Source: an uncultured Methylococcales bacterium (lineage in GTDB: Bacteria; Pseudomonadota; Gammaproteobacteria; Methylococcales; Methylothermaceae). From it: a stretch of DNA of 64,000 nt. This document shows positions 61,954 through 64,000 of this stretch, in pieces; the stretch's first letter is position 1; each line of letters opens with the position of its first letter. Below the pieces are notes generated by a model, which did not search any database, had not been told where the DNA came from, and saw only the letters and a list, made by a program, of their open reading frames with translations. Location of the stretch: positions 25,473-89,472 of the forward strand of contig CAZJKH010000001.1 of NCBI GenBank assembly GCA_964546735.1, written 5' to 3'. The position numbers and the translations under genes are program-made.

Positions 61954-62837
61954 GGCGGGTTGCGATCGTCACCGACGATCCTGGTTGGCATGGGGCGCAG
62001 CTCAAAGAGGCCTTGGCTGAACAGGGTTTTGAAACGGTCTATGTTTCCCTAGCTCAGGGGCGGTTGGAGGCAGTCCCGGGGCGACCGCCGGTAGTGTTTC
62101 CTGGGTTTGAGACCGAACTTCCGGCCGGCGTATTCGTGCGCGGGATCAGCGGGGGTTCCCTGGAGCAGCTTATCCTGCGCCTGGATCTTCTCCATGGATT
62201 AGAGTCCTGCGGGATTAAAGTCTACAATCCACCGCGAGCGATCGAACAAAGCGTGGATAAGGGGATGACCAGCGTACTTCTGGCCCAAGCTGGGATTCCT
62301 ACCCCGCCGACTTGGGTGACGCCGGATCCAGTCGAGGCGATCTCGATTGCTCAGGCGGAATTGCAGCGTGGCCATCGGGTAGTAAGCAAACCTCTGTTTG
62401 GCTCCCAAGGAGAAGGAGTGGAGCTCCATGCCGATCTGGAGTCTTTGCGTGCCTTAAATCCTGCAGGTGGGGTATATTATTTACAGCGTTATGTTGGCCG
62501 GAATCCGGCTTGGGACTGGCGGGTATTCGTCATTGCCGGCCAAGCGGTGGCAGCGATGATCCGTCGTGGTGCAAGCTGGCGCACCAATGTGGCGCAAGGA
62601 GGATTGCCGGAAGCTACTAGCTTGAATAAGCTTTTGATTCGCTTGGCCCAAGATTCGGCATATGCATTGCGTTTGAATTACGCCGGGGTAGACATCGTCC
62701 AGGACGAGCAAGGTCGCCATTGGGTGCTGGAGGTCAACGGGATTCCAGCTTGGAAGGGGTTGCAGAGCGTGTGCGGTTTAGACATTACGCGCTTGTTGGT
62801 GAAGGATTTTTTAACCTATTGCGGACTGGCGCCTTGA
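61950..62837 (+). CDS. mptN: RimK-type ATP-grasp ligase (tetrahydromethanopterin:alpha-L-glutamate ligase-like)
   Basis: RimK-family pattern ([30 protein letters not shown]...VLEVNG.P.W). The ATG at 61950 overlaps the mch stop (ATGA). Confidence 0.7.
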   Translation: MRRVAIVTDDPGWHGAQLKEALAEQGFETVYVSLAQGRLEAVPGRPPVVFPGFETELPAGVFVRGISGGSLEQLILRLDLLHGLESCGIKVYNPPRAIEQSVDKGMTSVLLAQAGIPTPPTWVTPDPVEAISIAQAELQRGHRVVSKPLFGSQGEGVELHADLESLRALNPAGGVYYLQRYVGRNPAWDWRVFVIAGQAVAAMIRRGASWRTNVAQGGLPEATSLNKLLIRLAQDSAYALRLNYAGVDIVQDEQGRHWVLEVNGIPAWKGLQSVCGLDITRLLVKDFLTYCGLAP

Positions 62838-63763
62838 TGCTGCAGCGGGAAGTTTTGCAACAGGCTTACCTTGAAGCCTGCGCCTTGGATGTGAAGGCCT
62901 TTAAGCCGGGTAATGTCAGCGTATATTCTAGTGGTCACGGGATGTGCGCTGACGACTTCTACCTCAGCGCACAAGCGAGCGCCCCGTGGGTATGCGATCC
63001 TGCTCTCTCTTTAGGGGAACGCATCTACCGAGCAGTTGAGGCCAGCTACCAGGCAGTGGGATGCAACACTAACCTAGGCATCGTGCTTTTGGCGGCGCCT
63101 TTGATCCAGGCGGTACAGAAAGTCAGCGTAAGTCCTTTGCGTGAGCGTTTGAAGCGTATCTTGGTTGGTTCTTCTCGAGAAGATGCCGCTTGGGTATATC
63201 AGGCAATCTGCCTTGCTAACCCTGGTGGATTAGGCCAGGTAGAGGTTGAAGACGTTCGCCGGCTGCCGTCGGTAACCTTGCTCGAGGCGATGCGGTTAGC
63301 TAAAGATTACGACCGCATCGCTTTTAACTATGCTTTTTCTTATCGAGATATTTATGAATTGGCAATTCCCAGTTATCATGATGCGGTTTCTCGATGGGGG
63401 GATGAACGCCTAGCAGCCGTTGCGACGTTTGTGGCATTATTGCGCCGCATCCCAGATACCCATGTCGAACGCAAGTTTGGCCAACGTTATACTGGAATGA
63501 TTCAAACTTGGATGAGCTGGTTAGAACAGGAGTTGTCGAAAATCACTGACCTTGAACAGATTCTGCCGCAGATTAGGAAAGTAGATGCAGAGTTCAAGTT
63601 CATGGGCATCAATCCTGGCACTACAGCTGATCTAACGGTCGCGACCTTGTTGGCTGTACGCTTGGAGAAACTAGCGTCTTTGAAGTGTGCTGAGGAGGGG
63701 TCGGAGCAAATGGGAAGCCAGGGTTTCTTGATGCTCGATTGGGGGGAGCAAACATGTCGTTAA
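62837..63763 (+). CDS. Triphosphoribosyl-dephospho-CoA synthase family protein (CitG/MdcB-like, H4MPT/methanofuran-linked)
   Basis: [15 protein letters not shown] and TTADL motifs of the CitG family. The ATG at 62837 overlaps the mptN stop (TGATG). Confidence 0.7.
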   Translation: MLQREVLQQAYLEACALDVKAFKPGNVSVYSSGHGMCADDFYLSAQASAPWVCDPALSLGERIYRAVEASYQAVGCNTNLGIVLLAAPLIQAVQKVSVSPLRERLKRILVGSSREDAAWVYQAICLANPGGLGQVEVEDVRRLPSVTLLEAMRLAKDYDRIAFNYAFSYRDIYELAIPSYHDAVSRWGDERLAAVATFVALLRRIPDTHVERKFGQRYTGMIQTWMSWLEQELSKITDLEQILPQIRKVDAEFKFMGINPGTTADLTVATLLAVRLEKLASLKCAEEGSEQMGSQGFLMLDWGEQTCR

Positions 63764-63816
63764 TTGGAAAAATTTTGTCGCTATTTTCATCATCAACCAA
63801 AGAGGAAACAACAGGA

Positions 63817-64000
63817 ATGGCAAAGATCAATAAAATGCTAATCGGTGAATCTTTGAAGGGTGAAGGCAACGAGGTAGCGCATATTGACCTAATCATTGGC
63901 CCCCGTGGTAGTGCTGCCGAAACCGCGTTTGCCAATTGTTTGACCAATAACAAGTCAGGTCATAGCGCACTCCTTGCTGTGGTAGCTCCAAATCTGATGT
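63817..64000 (+). CDS. fae: Formaldehyde-activating enzyme, N-terminal part (3' end outside window)
   Basis: My own translation is [61 protein letters not shown]. It is near-identical in pattern to Methylobacterium Fae ([16 protein letters not shown]). An AGAGGA Shine-Dalgarno lies upstream. It is not in the ORF track because it runs off the window. Confidence 0.9.
   Translation, partial: MAKINKMLIGESLKGEGNEVAHIDLIIGPRGSAAETAFANCLTNNKSGHSALLAVVAPNLM

Noticed and set aside
63754-63816. In-frame ATG 21 codons upstream of fae ([21 protein letters not shown]-) overlapping the CitG-like stop
   Set aside because: Canonical Fae proteins start at MAK(I/V). A good Shine-Dalgarno (AGAGGA) precedes the ATG at 63817, and the extension has no homology that I recognise.

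Overview
This is a dense chromosomal window of about 57% GC with almost no non-coding space. The synteny is typical of Gammaproteobacteria: radC/coaBC-dut-algC-argB, pilBCD-coaE, yibN-secB-gpsA and bamA-skp-fabZ-rnhB-dnaE. The right edge carries a tetrahydromethanopterin (H4MPT) C1-transfer module (mptG, ATP-grasp, mch, mptN, CitG-like, fae), so the host is probably a methylotroph or methanotroph. I cannot name a species from the sequence alone.

Most genes are housekeeping. The modules that look accessory are:
- a complete alternate N-type ATPase operon, atpDCQRBEFAG (46.6-53.1 kb);
- a PEP-CTERM/exopolysaccharide regulatory block (sugar transferase, prsK, prsR, prsT) next to nucleotide-sugar genes;
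- an MlaFED-like ABC lipid transporter with an auxiliary lipoprotein;
- a ZIP plus UPF0016 metal-transport pair;
- an NhaD antiporter.

One tmRNA gene is present. I saw no tRNA or rRNA genes, CRISPR arrays, transposases, integrases or recognisable defence genes.

I found no clear-cut novel multi-gene system. The best candidates for something undescribed are:
1. The gene in the algC slot. It encodes a 790-aa phosphohexomutase-fold protein fused to a membrane/periplasmic sensor-like N-terminus, and most catalytic signature motifs are replaced.
2. A BigR/SqrR-type two-cysteine ArsR regulator directly upstream of yibN(rhodanese)-secB-gpsA.
3. The N-ATPase with a two-carboxylate, Na+-type c-subunit site and no delta subunit.
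4. A hyperacidic 109-aa protein.

All calls rest on reading the translated ORFs and remembered family motifs. No database search was run.
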